Of a stretch of 55,957 nt of DNA, positions 55,900-55,957 are shown in pieces (the stretch's first letter is position 1; the number at the start of each line of letters is the position of its first letter). The DNA lies in the NCBI GenBank assembly GCA_027451585.1, contig DAIDIZ010000024.1, positions 1 to 55,957 on the forward strand, read 5' to 3'. Position numbers and translations under genes: made by a program. The notes under the pieces are model-generated. The model saw only the letters and a list, made by a program, of their open reading frames with translations. It was not told where the DNA came from and ran no database searches. Source of the DNA: Chlamydiota bacterium (GTDB lineage Bacteria > Chlamydiota > Chlamydiia > Chlamydiales > SM23-39).

Positions 55900-55957
55900 C
55901 AGGGCGATTGCATGATAAATAGCTTGACAAGTAATTATTTCTGAGTGTGTTGTGTTT
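55900..55957 (-). mobile_element. Right end of a probable ISAs1-family element (inverted copy)
   Basis: CAGGGCGATTGCATGATAAAT...; exact reverse complement of 531..588. Confidence 0.65.

Noticed and set aside
55618-55957. Open frame running to the window end as one partial gene
   Set aside because: The last 58 bp are the IS end duplicated at 531..588, so the frame crosses an IS junction.
1-55957. tRNA, rRNA genes and the many short antisense ORFs in the track
   Set aside because: No intergenic tRNA or rRNA signatures were seen by eye (no covariance scan run); the short ORFs overlap well-supported genes and show no motifs.

Overview
A 56-kb segment from an environmental chlamydia (Chlamydiota). 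The assignment rests on the CT421.1-like and PVC small-basic-protein pair before ybeY, the gmk-omega-metG order, CT779-like-priA, and a CT234/CT235-like NTT-HEAT/cNMP pair. It is mostly housekeeping genes (SNF2 helicase, ybeY, holC, uup, prmA, recQ, rlmD, oppA, lysS, yicC, gmk, metG, priA) interspersed with transporters, outer-membrane barrels, a GH64-like glucanase and orphan effector-like genes. Both ends carry IS remnants: an IS256-like element inside an IS630 inside a probable ISAs1 at the left, and an identical inverted ISAs1-like end at the right. Two things stand out. (1) An unannotated tandem pair of short uORFs, both ending RRRRWRR-stop and each overlapping a hairpin plus U7 tract, lies behind a sigma70-type promoter and ahead of an operon of an orphan enzyme-like gene, an NCS1 permease-DUF917 fusion and a hydantoinase/oxoprolinase; it looks like a double Arg/Trp-sensing attenuator. 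(2) Several TATAC-ended palindromic MITE/RPE-like elements have entered coding sequence, one forming the linker of the permease-DUF917 fusion. All calls come from reading motifs by eye; no database searches or folding computations were run.
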